Assembly: GCF_009914755.1 (NCBI RefSeq)
Contig: NC_060928.1
Source of the DNA: the human T2T-CHM13v2.0 reference genome, Homo sapiens
Strand: one strand, 5' to 3'
DNA: 64,000 nt
Part shown: one piece after another, positions 24,761-39,156 of the stretch
How positions within the stretch are numbered: the first letter of the stretch is position 1
Layout: each line of letters opens with the position of its first letter
Program-made: the position numbers and the translations under genes
Notes under the pieces: model-generated
Seen by the model: the letters and a program-made list of their open reading frames with translations, nothing else
What the model was told of the DNA's origin: nothing
The model's database searches: none

Positions 24761-26206
24761 AAAAGTGTTGCATATTTTTCTTGCTTAGCTTGCTGAAAGT
24801 ATAGTTTCTAAAATATGAAACCATTTAGCATGTAGTACTGAAACAAATGTATTTGGTATAAAGTGACAAAATTTCTTGTATAACAAAATCATAATTTTAT
24901 TAAATAATTACTAGAATACTGTCATTATGATAACGGCAAAGTCTATATGCAGCGGTCAGTATCTTTATGAGGCAACTAATAACACAACAGTTTTTTTTTC
25001 TTAAAACAATGTCAATTTGTAAGATTTATTTCTAAATAGAAAGTCAGTATTCTCTTACTGATACCTACAAAGTAGCCTGTTTACAGTTTTCATTAGCACA
25101 GTTTACTTCAAATATATGGAAGTAAATTATTTCACTTTCTTGACTTAGAATAAGCATGTAGGCAGATCAGTAAAATAATATTCTGAAAATTTTCTATCAA
25201 AATGAATTTGGTATGCCCACTTTCTATAGGTCAACTGGTTATCATGCAAATTAAATAAATATTTCTAGTAACAATAAATAAAGCCAGATTCAGAGAAAAT
25301 ATCACTGGTTGATAAATATTATTAGAGATATCAAAATGAGTATATGTATTTATAATTTTTCTTCAATGTTCACACCTAAAAATTAATAAATATATACATC
25401 AATAATTGTAAAGCTATTAGAAACTGAAATTAAATAAAATATATTGCATGTAATGTCTGTGCTGTAGACAATGGTTTAGGTGTCATATTAACTTTTGGCC
25501 ATTCTACAATATGACTTTTAAAGTTATTAAAAACAAGATAAATTTTGTGAGTTGGGAAGCACTAAAATACAATTTCAATGTCTAATTCATAGTGAAATAT
25601 TTCATTAGCCTTAAATAGAAACAAAATTGGAAAACACATTAATTATGCTAGTGTGTACTGAATAAGTGTCTACTATAAATAAAGATAATGAATTTCTAAA
25701 ATATAGAATTAGTAGGTTATGCATTTAACAAATATAAAATGATTCATAAAGTAATTAGCAAATTTATACATTGTTTTTCCCCAAATATATACCTATAATG
25801 CATATCCCAGAAAACCTTAGTCTTAGAAACTAACTACTTTTCTAAGAATGAATAGGCTAAACACTTAACATTTACATCTTAAGGAAAGCCTTTATAAAAT
25901 GAAAACAGCACCATTAAAATCTACAGAGTTCTAAGCTGAAAATCAGGATAGATCAAAATTAAAACAACAACAAAAATAAAACATAAAGCAAAAAAAAATA
26001 TGGTGATAAATGTATAAAGTAAATAATCAAGTTATAAAAGTATTCTAAGATTTATTAGGGAGGTCTTATAATTATATTATCTAACATTCCATAAAAATCT
26101 TTACATTAGGATAATGAAATCATCTGGGGAATTTGCTGTTCCAAGAAATTACTACATAACCAGAAATGTGTGAGTAATGTCCTTTTATATTTCTTTCTCT
26201 TTAAAG

Positions 26207-26273
26207 GTGCTGATGCACGTTAACTGCATGACTGAAAGAGGGGAATTCTGCACCACAATGTCTATGGAAAGTG
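26207..26273 (+). other. Candidate 67-nt internal exon (unknown transcript)
   Basis: Polypyrimidine tract CCTTTTATATTTCTTTCTCTTTAAAG|G and donor GTG|GTAAGT in non-repeat DNA. No expression evidence available. Confidence 0.4.
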
Positions 26274-27329
26274 GTAAGTCCTCTGGCGTATTTAACAACA
26301 TGCTTTGTTTTGAAGATAATGAGGACATTACAAGCTGTTTGTGTCTTTTATCTAGAAATTTCTACCAGAGGCTCTTTTCAAACACCGTGGTTTTCAGTGC
26401 CTGATTCCTGTAGAATCCAAGTCTGGTTTTGCTGCAGCATCAGCTGGTACTCATGCTTGTTGAGGCCTGTGTGCCATTCGTGGGAACATACTTATCTTTG
26501 TGAGAAATTCACTCACTTTAGGTGCTCTTCCAGGGGGCAAAACTTTAATCAGCTTTTCAACCTAAGATTCTTCTGTTTGAAATTCTGAGCGCAGCTACGT
26601 ATATTAACTTGCCTTGCCCCAACCTGAACAGGACTGAAACGAAAGTAGTAACTGGCATACTGTAATGATATGAAAGACCATATTAAATAAATACCATGAG
26701 ATAATATTGAGCCCTTTGAATTTTTCAGGAGGACAGTAATGTTCTATCAAGAAAATTATAGTTGAGTATTTTGATTGAGGTGACAAAGCTTAGTCTTAAA
26801 TAATGAACCATAATGGGCAACTGGCTTGAACAAGGAATTCCTTTTTCTTAAACATGTCATTGCTCTGCAATTAGAACAAGATGATATATCATGGGGAAAA
26901 CATTTCAGTGACACTGCCTTACCTACTGTAAATTTGTCCAGCAGACTTTATGACTTGATAAGCACAGATAAGAGCTAAGAGAACTCTTCGAGGAACTACT
27001 AAAGAACACAGAAGAAAATTACCTGAATTCTGAGCATAAAGTCTTGAGAATAATCAAAATAATCATATGGTTACAAAAATAGAAGTGATTTGGTATAGAA
27101 AATAGAACCACATAGAATATGGTTAACTACATGTTAAATAGGGTTTTTAAAGGAGATAGAAAACATAAATGAGAAAGTATTTTTTCTTTCTATGTATGTG
27201 TGCGTACATAAAATGAAAGCATATAAGAATTAACTGAACATCTAGGAGGCTGAAATCATTATAACATGGGATTAGAGCTATGGGATCATTTTTGCCAATA
27301 TCATGTGAAATTTCTTAGTGTTAGAAATC

Positions 27330-27560
27330 TTTATACAAATAAAAAAGAAGAGCAAATAGTATAATGAACTTCCTTGTACCCATCATCTAGCTTCAAAAGT
27401 TATCAACCTTGGCCAACCTTGTTTCATCCATATACCTTCCCATATAGCCCCACCTATATATATAATATGACATTTTTTTGCAGGATGATAAAACTCCAAA
27501 GACTATAATTGTGCTTTCTTCAAGTACATAGGACAAGTTAAATGTAAAAAAAAAATCCAA
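27330..27560 (-). mobile_element. Old L1 (L1MC-like) 3'UTR fragment
   Basis: AATAGTATAATGAAC..TGTACCCATCATCTAGCTTCAA..TTATCAAC..GGCCAACCTTGTTTCATC. Confidence 0.6.
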
Positions 27561-27561
27561 C

Positions 27562-27562
<1 letters not shown>

Positions 27563-27594
<32 letters not shown>
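27563..27594. repeat. (AC)16 microsatellite
   Basis: Seen directly. Confidence 0.95.
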
Positions 27595-27597
<3 letters not shown>

Positions 27598-29099
27598 ACA
27601 CACATGCACCCCTTATAATGCACTCAATAATATAAGAAAATAATTTGATATTGTGAAAACATCAAATTATGAAATATGCCTTTTTAATGACTTCTAGATA
27701 ATTAATAATAAATACATAATTATGCTCTTAAAATGACTTAATGTTGTATCTTCTGCTTTTTGAAGTTTGTGAACATTCTACTCGAATTTGAAGCCTGAAA
27801 TTTAGATGGCCCTTACTCTTTCAGGCTTTCTGAGGAATTCTTCATGGGATGATTCTGTGTATTTTAAGTCAAAAGATAAGAAATGACCTTATTCGAATCA
27901 TAACATTAACCCCCAAATTGCACAAAAGATTTCTAATAATCCTAGTATTTCATACATCAGACAAAAGATCAAGGGGAAATTCTAAATGTCAGGAAGATAG
28001 CTAATACAAAAACACTGATGACTGATTGGTTAAATAAAATTATAAATACACTATGCTACTTCAACGTCATTATTCCTTGTGATCTACACATCTAATGAAA
28101 CGTATATTTGCTGAACATGGTAGGTGGGTCAGCAAAATAAAAAAGAAACAAAACAAACTACATATGTGAAGTCATTAGCCAGTCACTTTGGCTTAGTTTA
28201 CTATCATGAGAATTGTTTCTGGCCAGGAAAAAAAAAAAACCAGAGCCCATTGTTTACTCAAGATATTACTTGGTTCTCTGTGAGAAGCTCCAGAAGTTTT
28301 TCCAGAAACCATTTTTGGTCTAATTTCCCTTGAGGTTTTTATACTAGCCAAGGATATGAAAGAAAGAGAGAAAATATTGGCCTAAACTCTACAGTGGTAT
28401 CTAACTTGGTTTTCTTATGTTGCTAAGTTGATTAAAATGTATTTCCAGAACCAAAAACCCTCACTGTGATAGATTTTTTTTTTAGTAACGTAAATGAAAG
28501 ACACATTTATGTAATCTTACAAGTGACAGGTAAATCCTGCAGTATTATACTTACTGCTGTATTAGAAAACATTATAACCACCTTGCTATTTTATAAGGAA
28601 CCTTACAAAATACAGTAATACCTTATTTCATAATTAATACCAAAAATTACAATTGTAATGGCTTTAGTGCCTTAAAGCTATAAAATTAATATTGAGAGTG
28701 GTTTCAAACCCAAAATATTATTTATTTCCTGTGGTAATCATAAGACTAAAAGAGGTATCGGAAGGAAAAACTGCCTCCAACGAAGGTTAGCCATGGAGAA
28801 GATACATTTGGATTAGGCTTCAGGTACAGATTGTCAATTTGCTTTATCCTTTTGAAATTAGAAGAAAAACATCTCTGAAATCCCTGGGAAAGTGTACCCT
28901 TTACTAGAGATGGCATCATCTGTAATCTTGTGCTTTTGGAGACCAAAATTTTTTAGTTTAATCTCAACAGAATGCTAGGGAGTAATTAGTGCAACAGAAG
29001 AAAGGAGAAAATAGGGGGGAGATGAGGGTGCAATAACAGGAAGAGAAATAAATGGATGAATATAAAGAAGGATATAGTGAAAGGAGCTGGTAGAGGAAA

Positions 29100-29280
29100 T
29101 TTCGGGCTTTGGCTCTAACTACCCATGTGACTTTGGATATGTCATTTATTTTATCAGCACCAGTGTCTTTGTTTCCAAAAACAGAATCAAATACTTTTCT
29201 TCTAATAGTGTTGTCATCAAATGAGACCATTTGGTAAAGTACCTGTATACAGTGGATGCCAAATAAATAGTAATTATGAT
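29100..29280 (+). mobile_element. MIR SINE fragment
   Basis: GGCTCTAACTACCCATGTGACTTTGGATATGTCATTTA...TAAAGTACCT...AATAAATAGTAATTAT. Confidence 0.6.
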
Positions 29281-30371
29281 TATTATATACATTTTCCAAT
29301 CATCAATTTTTTGAAAGTTTCAGAAAATAACTTTAAAATTAACTAATGAGCCAAAGATAAATTAGTCTCATTAATTTATAAATATGATTCATTATTACTT
29401 TTTTGTGTTTATGACACAGAGAAAAGAAACTTCAAGATTTTGAACATTTAATTGTACATACAGTTTCATGTTACAATTATATTGTGACACTTCAAAATTT
29501 TTGGTATCAGATTGTTTAGGTATTTACTCTTCACTTTATCAGAATTCATATGTCCTCCTAGGACAGAATTCCTTAAGTAAAGGATTTTCTTCCACGAACA
29601 CGAATTCTTAAGCTATTGGTGTATTACTAGGGAGTGACATAAAATATATCCTTTCTCATAAGTTGATGCTAATCTCCAAATATCACAATCCATATATATA
29701 GTTTTCTAACCATTAACTATTTTAACCTTACACAATCCTGAAATAAAGATGAGAGAAATGTTCTCTTCCCCATATAGCCCACGTTCGGATAACACAATTG
29801 GAGTGCTCAGTTGCTATGGTGAGCATCATTCTAGAAGTACTTTTATAGGAAGTTTGATATGATATCACATAGCGTCTCATCAGATTTATGAAAATTTCTC
29901 AAAATGAGAAAGTACATTGCTGATCAGGAAATAAGACAAATGTCTATAGTGAACTTAAATATTTGGCTTTTTGCACAGCGACTATCTGGATTTACTGCAG
30001 CTTCAAGTTCTTTACAGGGTGGGAAGAGTGGTTGAAAGAATGGTTCTACTGTTTGTTTTATATCCTTGGGTATTTTGTTTTCTTATTTTGTTACAGTGCT
30101 TCGGATGTTTATTTCAGCAAACATCACAGGCAATGGAAAGGAACATTCGTTCGAGCCAGCTTTAATTTAATAGTTTTGCTCTCTCTGAGGCTGAAACCAC
30201 TCTGATGGGTTCCCTGGCAATGATCTGGTTTGCTGTTCAAGTCTTCAGCCCCACAGGGCTGTCTACTGACAGTAGCTGCGTGGCTCATTTTGGTTGCTTT
30301 GGCCTGGCAGCATTGCCAAATGGAGGGAAGGAAGAAAGCTTACCTAGTCTCAAGTTTCCTGCTTAGCCTGC

Positions 30372-30583
30372 TGTATTAGTTTGTTCTCATACTGCTATAA
30401 AGAAATTCTTGAGACTGGGTAATTTATAAAGGAAAGAGGTTTAATTGACTCACCATTCCACATGGCTGAGGAGGCCTCAGGGAACTTAACAATCATGGCG
30501 GAAGGTGAAGCAGGCATGTCTTCCATGGCAGCAGGCAAGGAAAAGAGAAGTGTGAGAGTACAGGGAAAACATTTATCCAAGCC
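30372..30583 (-). mobile_element. THE1D-like LTR, 3' half only, inverted relative to the adjacent internal sequence
   Basis: TGTATTAGTTTGTTCTCATACTGCTATAAAGAAATTCTTGAGACTGGGTAATTTATAAAGGAAAGAGGTTTAATTGACTCAC is the reverse complement of a THE1/MST LTR end. Confidence 0.9.
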
Positions 30584-31155
30584 AAATGTGGGGTTGGAGC
30601 CCTCACACAGAGTCCTCACTGGGATATTGCCTAGTGAAGCAGTGAGAAGAGGGTCACAGCCCTCCAAAACCCAAAATGGTAGATCCACCAACAGCTTGCA
30701 CTGTGCACCTAGAAAAGACATAGGCACTCAATGCCAGCCCATGAAGGAGCTACTTAAGGTCATGGGAGCCCACCCCTTGTATCAGCATGCCCAGATGCTA
30801 GACATGGAAGTGAAGAAGATAATTTTTGAAACTTAAGATTTGATAATTGGCCCCCTGGATTTTGGACTTGCATGGGGCCTATCCCCTTTGTTTTAGCCAA
30901 TTTCTCCTATTTGGAAAAGGTGTATTTACCCAATGTCTGTACCCCCATTGTATCTTGGAAAGAACTAACTTGTTTATTATTTTACAGGCTCACAGGCAGA
31001 AGGGACTTGCCTTGTCTCAGATGAGACTTTGGACTATGGATTTTTGGATTAATGTTGGAATGAGTTAAGATATTGGGGGACTGTTGGGAAGGCATGATTG
31101 TGTTTTGAAATGTGAGGACATGAGAGACCAGGGGAGGGAGGGGCCAGGGGCAGAA
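30584..31155 (+). mobile_element. THE1 internal sequence, 3' part with polypurine tract
   Basis: AAATGTGGGGTTGGAGCCC..CACAGAGTCC, GGGACTTGCCTTGTCTCAGATGAGACTTTGGAC, ending GGAGGGGGCCAGGGGCAGAA immediately before the LTR. Confidence 0.9.
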
Positions 31156-31661
<506 letters not shown>

Positions 31662-34159
31662 CCACCATTTGTCGCAACGTCTATTTAGAACAAAATATGC
31701 ACTCAAGATATGAAAAGTATGTGTGAGACGGGAGCAGGGTGTGAGTATGTGTGTGTGTTGGGGGGGAAAGCTTAGGGTGTAGTCACTAAATTACCTCCTA
31801 AAAGCCAATGCTTTTTCATCTCAAGCTGGAAGATACACCATGATATGTTTTTAGGAAATTCATCGTGAGGCATATTTTGCTTTGAAGAACATAAAAGAAC
31901 TCTCCTGGGAATAGCAAAACAGATTATCTGAAGATTTCTAAAGGTTATAGAGTAAAATCTGGGAAAGTGTCCTAATTGTTGCCCTAATGACTCACCATAT
32001 TCAGCCTCTCCCTTCCTCCCTTCCTTAATCATGCTGCTAATGCTTATTTTATGTAAAAACCTCAACTGGAACTAACTAGGGCATCTTTAGGGTAATGTTA
32101 ATTTCTAGGCAATAGTAATTTTCAATTAAAATTGCACAGTGTACCAGTGAATTGAAAGTCAGATAGAAGGATGCTATATTATGGACTTTTTGGTTTCTCT
32201 AATTAGCCCTATATCCCGCACATTTCTCAAAATTGGCAACAAGTATTTGGTTGTTTTCAGTTTTACGCCACAGTGCTTATCTGGTCTCCATTCCTCTCTG
32301 TGGAGAGGAAACCAAATTCTCCCATACATTTAGGCTCAGCTCTCCTCAGGCTGTAGTAAGGCCTGCATAGCTCAAGATAAGAGAAGAAAACACTTCAAAC
32401 AGCTAGGAATTAATCAGCCAGCTTGGCTTCAAGCTCGGTGTTACAACGGAGCAATTCACTTTCAGAAGCTCACTTACATTAACTGAAATTAAATGAGACA
32501 GGCTTGTTTAATTCTTGTATGTAAAAGGCTCGTGAAGCACAGTTTAAACCAGTTACTTTGTGATGTCATGGAGCAGAGGGCTAATTGAGCTCATTGGAAA
32601 GGGAAGAGCCCATGGGTTTGTATCAAAGAGCCGTTGGGCTGGCTTTTGAAACAATTTCCTTATGTCTTATTCATACCTATACAGCATTACATTTTGTATT
32701 GTCCATTATCATTTAACCAGAATGTTCATCCCCTCCTCTTATGTCAGTATTATTTGTAATAGGAGAAGCTCCTTAGGGAATACATATGATAGTTTAATTG
32801 TTCTGTGAACCAATGTCTCTTAAGGCCTTTCTCATTGTATCTCAGAACATTTCTACATGCAAGCAATAGGATTAGTTATCACTAGTTTAAAGTATTCTAG
32901 AAAACAGATTTTTGTTATACAGATGGATTTTAATAAAGGGCTCAAATACATAATAAACACAATCAGCCAACATATATCTCTGGCTGTTTCAAGTTTTCCA
33001 ATCAGATATTTTATTTCACTAATAACAATATTTTGTTTATTTAGGTGTTTTATTTATATATTTATATTAGGATTAATTTTTTAATAACTTTTATTGAAAA
33101 ACACATTAAATCTCAAGGATATATTTATGCAAAATTGACTAATTCTCTCCCAACGTTTGAAAACTATGTACTGAACCAGTTTAGTAACTAAGGTTATCTA
33201 TTTCCTAATTCAATGATTAGCCAATCAGAGCAATCAATGTATGCTAATGATAGGGCTAAGTGAAAAATCTCAAAAGAATTTAAACCTATGACTCTAAACT
33301 CAGAATCATCTGTTATAATGATTAAACCACTTGCTCTCTATCAGATACTAGCCCATTAATTTAGTCAAAGATATCGAAAGCTTTTTGTTCTACAGGCTGT
33401 TAGTAAAGCAAATAAAACACTTATCTGTGTTATTGACAAGTTCTTAATAGATTCGTTCATTAGACACCATAACCATTCACTAAGTTTTAGCCATGCAGAG
33501 ACAAAAATTTAGGAGCATTTGAATGATTTGGGTGTTAATTAAAATTTGGTTCCTCATGAAGGTTAAAGTTGTTCAATACATTCAAAATATGTTTTGTGGC
33601 TGTCTAGCCCAATAATAACACTTTAATTGTGACTTCTTCAGTCATTTTTATAAAAATAAAATAGGATTTGATGAAAAGCAAATTGAAAATTCATAACTCT
33701 TCACAAGGTGGTAGATTTGTTTTCTTAAATATTGATTTATGTGGAGAAATATTTCTATATATGATCAATACATAAGGATTTAAGTACAAAAAAGAACTGT
33801 TATTCTGTAACTCATAATATTCTACATTAATTGAGAGGGAATTGACAGATGATGTTTACCATCCCACATGTACACATGTGGGATATTTTGTCATGATAAT
33901 GACATGAAATGGCTGAGTACTACTGTTTCTAATATAAAAATGTAGATATAGTCCAAGAATTTATCAACAAAAGAAAGAATAATAGTCATGTATTCATACA
34001 GTGGAATATTATATGACAGCAAAAAAAGAATAAACCAAACAATCACATATATTGAAAGACTATCAAAAGTTTATTTTGAAAGATCAAAGCAAGCTCTACT
34101 TGATAGTAGTATAATCCCTTATCTGTAAATGTCAAAATCAGCCAAAATTCAGGAATATA

Positions 34160-34467
<308 letters not shown>

Positions 34468-34539
34468 GGAATATATTTTTATAGAGATTCATACAAATAG
34501 GTTGAACTAAGTAGAAAAGCAAAATAATAGAAAATATAT

Positions 34540-34720
34540 CTAAAGCACTATGTGCCAGACACTTTCAATAAAATACAATATATATTCTTAACTAATATTA
34601 TGATTCCCATTCAAATATAGGAAATGACATAGAGAGAGGTTAAGCAACGGCCTCTAAGTCACACAGTTATAAAGTAGGAGATCCAGGACTTAAATCTAGC
34701 AGCCTAGCTCACAAGTTTTT
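34540..34720 (-). mobile_element. MIR SINE fragment
   Basis: CACTATGTGCCAGACACT...AGAGAGGTTAAGCAAC..CCT..AAGTCACACAG. Confidence 0.7.
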
Positions 34721-34910
34721 GAGCCTAGCTCAATGAGCCTGGCTCAATGAGTTTGTGCTCTTTCACTGTCCTCTATAGCCTAGAGGGGATAATCAACAAA
34801 ATTCACCATAGTGTTTACTTCTTGGAAGAGTTGGGGAAGCAGTGGGATAAAGCGTTTGGGAAGAGACTTAGAGAAAGCTTCAAAGTAAAGATATTTTTTC
34901 TTTTAGACAG

Positions 34911-34914
<4 letters not shown>

Positions 34915-34947
<33 letters not shown>
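34915..34947. repeat. (TA)16 microsatellite
   Basis: Seen directly. Confidence 0.95.
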
Positions 34948-34950
<3 letters not shown>

Positions 34951-35389
34951 CATTTTATTATTTCTCTTTAAAACACACATATGCTACATACAGGGTTTAT
35001 CAAATTTTTATGTTTTTATTTAGATTTATATATTGCACAATTACAGGAGAATATCTGAGAATCTTGCTACTCTCAGCAGAATTAATCAAATCACTATGGT
35101 AACAGAAGTCTACTTTTCTTTAATGAAGTAAAAAAAGTGTTTAAAAATTAACACATTTGGTAATGAATTTTCCTCTTACTTTGGTTTATAGTCCATTTTT
35201 TCACCCTGAGAGTGGGTAGAATGAAAAGTGCTGATAAGTGTTTGAATGTATACCAACACTGAAGAGAAGAAGTAAAAGGACATACAATGACCTGGTGCTT
35301 TGACTTTGAAAGCTGAGATAGTACTTCACATATTTTTTTCTTTTATTTCAAGATATTAAAATCTGCAAGGTAGTAGTAAAAAGCTATTA

Positions 35390-35630
35390 GTAACAAACGT
35401 TAATTGAGCACTTTATATGTCAAAGGCTTTGTGCTAGGTATTAGCATATATAATATTTTATTTCATGTTTACATCAAACTGAGAGAGGTGTTTTATTATG
35501 ATACCCATTTTCAAATGAGAACAGAAGGCTAAGATAGGTTACATAACACTAATTTTCACCCAACTAGCAAGTTGCGGAGCTACAGTTAGGGTGCAATTCT
35601 TTATGATTCCAAAGGTAGTGCTCTTAATCA
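35390..35630 (-). mobile_element. MIR SINE
   Basis: TTGAGCACTTTATATGTCAA...CCCATTTTCAAATGAGAACAGAAGGCT..AGGTTACATAAC. Confidence 0.7.
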
Positions 35631-36783
35631 TTAATTCTATTTGAATTTTTGGTTTATTTGTTAGTCTTTTTCATGTGAATTTTTGAATATATAACAGAGT
35701 TGAAAGAATTTTACAATGAACACCTGTTGCATTAGTCTGCTTGGGTTGCCATAACAAAATAATACAGACTGAGTGGATTAAACAACAAAAATTTATTTTC
35801 ACAATTCTGGGGGCTGATAAAAATGTTTTATTAGATATTTATGCTACTCCATTCCTTTATTTATCCATCCAACTATCTTACATTTGATGCATTTAAAGGA
35901 GGGCCATGAACATTCCCATAGAAAGTTCCCATTATAGAGAGCCATAAACTTTCCCATAATACCTTACCATATGCAATATTAATTGGAGTTCAAAATTTGA
36001 TGCCTTTTATGTAAAATTTACATATAACAAAATGCACAAATCTTAAGTGTGCAATTCAGTGAATTTTGGCAAGTGCCTATTCATTTGTAAACCGAACCTC
36101 AATCAAGATATAGAACACCATTATCCCAGAAATTTCTCTCATCCTCTTTTCAAATTAACTCCTAATTCTGCCTTCTGGCAACCATTGTTCTAGTGCTTTT
36201 CTGCCATCAATTAGAGTCACCTGATCTAGAACTTCACATAAGTGAACAATATAAAATGTACTCTTTTTTTGTAAAGCTCATTTGACTGAGCATAATGTTT
36301 TTGAGATTTACCCATGTTGTTGGATTTGTCAGTAGCTTGACTCTTTAAATGTGGAATGGTATCCCATTGTATGAATATATTATAGATTATTTACTAGTTG
36401 TCCTATTGGCAGGAAGCTGGGTCATTTCTAGTTTGTGAGTATTATGAACAAAGCTGTTTTAAAGTTACAAAAGTTTTCTGTGGGCATGTATTTTCTTTTC
36501 TTTTAGGTAACAATGTAACGTCAGATTGCTGGGTCTTAAGTATATGTTTAGTTTTGAAAGAAAACACCAGATTTTTTTCAAAGTGCATATACACTTTTGT
36601 ACTCCCAGCAAACACTGTACGGTACCACCTCCACATCCTCACATCTAGTTGTTGTTATCAGTCTTTAAAAATTTTAGCCGTTCTGATGAATGCGTAATAA
36701 TGTCTCATTGTGGGTTTAATTTGAATTTCTCTGATGATAATTATGTTGAGCTCTTTCTTATATGCTTATAGGCCATTTGTGTA

Positions 36784-39156
36784 AGGCATAACTTGTTTTA
36801 TTGTGCTACACAGATAGTGTGTTTTACAAATTGAAGGTTCGTGGCAACCCTGCGTTGAGCAAGTCTATCAGCATTATTTTATTTTAACAGCATGTGCCCT
36901 CTTTGTGTCTCTTCGTTAGTTTTTGGTATTTCTTACAATATTCCAAACTTTCCCACTATGTTATGTATGTTCTGATGATATGTGATCAGTGACTTTGATG
37001 TTACTATTGTAATTAATTGTTTTGGGGCACCACAAACTGTGCCCATATGAGATGGCAAACAATCCGTAAGTTCTAACTGCACCACCAAATGGCCATTCCC
37101 CTATCTCTCTTCTCCCTCTCTCTTTGGGCCTCTCTATTACCTAAGACAAAACAATACTCATATTAGAATAGTTGATAACCCTACAATGCCTCTAAGTGTT
37201 TGAGTGAAAAAGAAGTGTGGTACATTTTGTATTTGAAATCAAAAGCTAGCAATGATGAAGCTTACTGAGAAAAACATGTCAAAAGCCAGGATAGACTGAC
37301 AGCTAAGCCTCTTGGGCCAGTTAATCAAGTTGGGAAAGGAAAAGTTCTTGAAGGAATTTAGAAGTACCACTCCAGTGAACATATGAATGATAAGAAAGCG
37401 AAACAGCCTTGTTCAAGATATGGAGAAAGTTTTAGTGGTCTGGATAGATCAAATTAACCACAACATTCCCTTAAACCAAAGTCTAATTCAGAGCAAAGCC
37501 CTAACTATCTTTAAGTCTATGATGGCTGAGAAACATGAAAAAGCTGTAGAAGAAAAATTAGAAGCTAGCAGAGGTTGGGTCATCAGGTTTAAGGAAAGAA
37601 GCCATTTCCATAACATAAAAGTGCAAGGTGAAGCAGCAATTGCTGATGTAGAAGCTGCAGCAAGTTATCCAGAAGATCTAGCTAAGATTATTGTTGAGGG
37701 TAACTACACCACACAACAGATTTTAAACGTAGCTGAAATAGCTTTCTATTAGAAGAAGTTGCTGTTTAAGACTTTTATAGCTGAAGTGAAGTCAATGCCT
37801 GCCTTCAAAGATTCAAAGGACAAGCTGACTCTCTTGTTACGGGCTAAAGCAGCTGGTGACTTTAAGTTGAAGCCAGTGCTCACCTATCATTCTGAAAATC
37901 TTAGGTACCTTAGGAATTATGCTAAATCTACTCCTCCCTGTGCTCTAGAAATAGAACAACAAAACGATAATGATCTAACTTTTGTTTACAACTTGGTTTA
38001 CTGAAAAATGTAAGCCTCCTGTTGAGAAATGCTGTTCAGAAAAAAAAAAAAGATTTATTTCAAAATATTACCGCTCATTGACAATGCGCCTAGTCATCCG
38101 AGAATTCTGATGGAGATGTACAAGAAGAATAATGTTTTCATGCCTGCTAACACAGTATCAACTCTGCAGCTCATGAGTCAAAGGGTAATTGCAACTTTTA
38201 AGTCTTATTGTCAAAAAAACATATTTCATAAAAGTTTAGCTGACATAGATAATGAATTTTCTGAGATTTGGGCAAAATACATTTTAAACCTTCTGAAAAG
38301 GATTCACCATTCTAGATGCCACTGAGAACATTTGTGATTCATGAGAGGGGGTGAAAATATCGACATTAACAGGAATTTGGGAGAAGTGGATTCCAACCCT
38401 CATGGAAGACTTTAAGGTGTTCAAGACTTCAGTGGAGGAAGTAACTGCAGATGTGGTGAAAATGGAAACGGAACTAGAATTAGAGGTGGAGACTGAACCT
38501 GGGCCTGAATTACTGCAATCTCATGGTAAAACTTCAATGTATGAGGAGTTGTTTCTATGGATGAGCAAAAAAAGTGGTTTCTTGAAACGGAAACTACTCC
38601 TGGTGAAGATGCTGTGAATATTGTTGAAATGACCACAAAAAATTTAGAATATTACATAAACCTAATGAATAAAGCAGAGGCAAGATTTGAAAAGATTGAC
38701 TCCAGTTTGGAAAGAAGTTTCTACTATTGGTAAATGCTTTCAAATAACATAACATACCACAGAGACTATTTATGAAAAATAGTCAATTGATGTGGCAAGC
38801 TTCATTATTGTCTTATTTTAGGAAATTGTCACAGTCATCCTAACCTTCAGCAACTACCACCTTGATCAGTCAGCAACCATCAACATGAGGCTGATCCTTC
38901 ACCAGCAAAAAGATTATGACTTGCTAAAGTCTCAGATGATTGTTAGCATTTTTTATGACAAATTATATTTTAATTAAGGTAATCCCATTGGATTTTTTAG
39001 ACATAATGCTATTATACGCTTCGTTGACTATAGTGTAGTATAAACATAACTTTTACATGCCCTTGAAGTGAAAAAAGTTGTGTGACTTCCTTTACTGTGA
39101 TATTTGCTTATTGCAGTGGTCTGGAACTGAATCACAATATCTTCAACGTATGCTTG
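36784..39156 (+). mobile_element. Tigger1 DNA transposon, near full length (about 2.37 kb)
   Basis: Ends AGGCATAACTTG and CAACGTATGCTTG, TA on both flanks, internal pogo/Tigger transposase remnants. Confidence 0.95.
37186..38560 (+). pseudogene. Disrupted Tigger1 transposase (CENP-B-type HTH plus DDD domain)
   Basis: Four consecutive ORF pieces ([17 protein letters not shown]; ASRGW..RFKER; LIDNAPSHP; FMPANT; KISTLTGIW). Stop codon at 37750-37752 and several frameshifts. NVDET is changed to NVAEI and QPMDQ to QLMSQ. Confidence 0.92.

Noticed and set aside
26271-26640. Possible processed pseudogene or coding exon in the GC-balanced block
   Set aside because: No translation I examined resembles a protein I recognise, and there is no poly(A) tail or TSD.
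29963-30370. Hydrophobic ORFs and splice-like sites (plus acceptor near 30096, minus donor TAG|GTAAGC at 30344/30343)
   Set aside because: Non-ATG ORFs in T-rich DNA; I could not pair the sites into a coherent exon.
37387-38617. Possible domesticated TIGD-like gene
   Set aside because: Stops, frameshifts and altered catalytic residues inside an ordinary TIR-bounded Tigger1.
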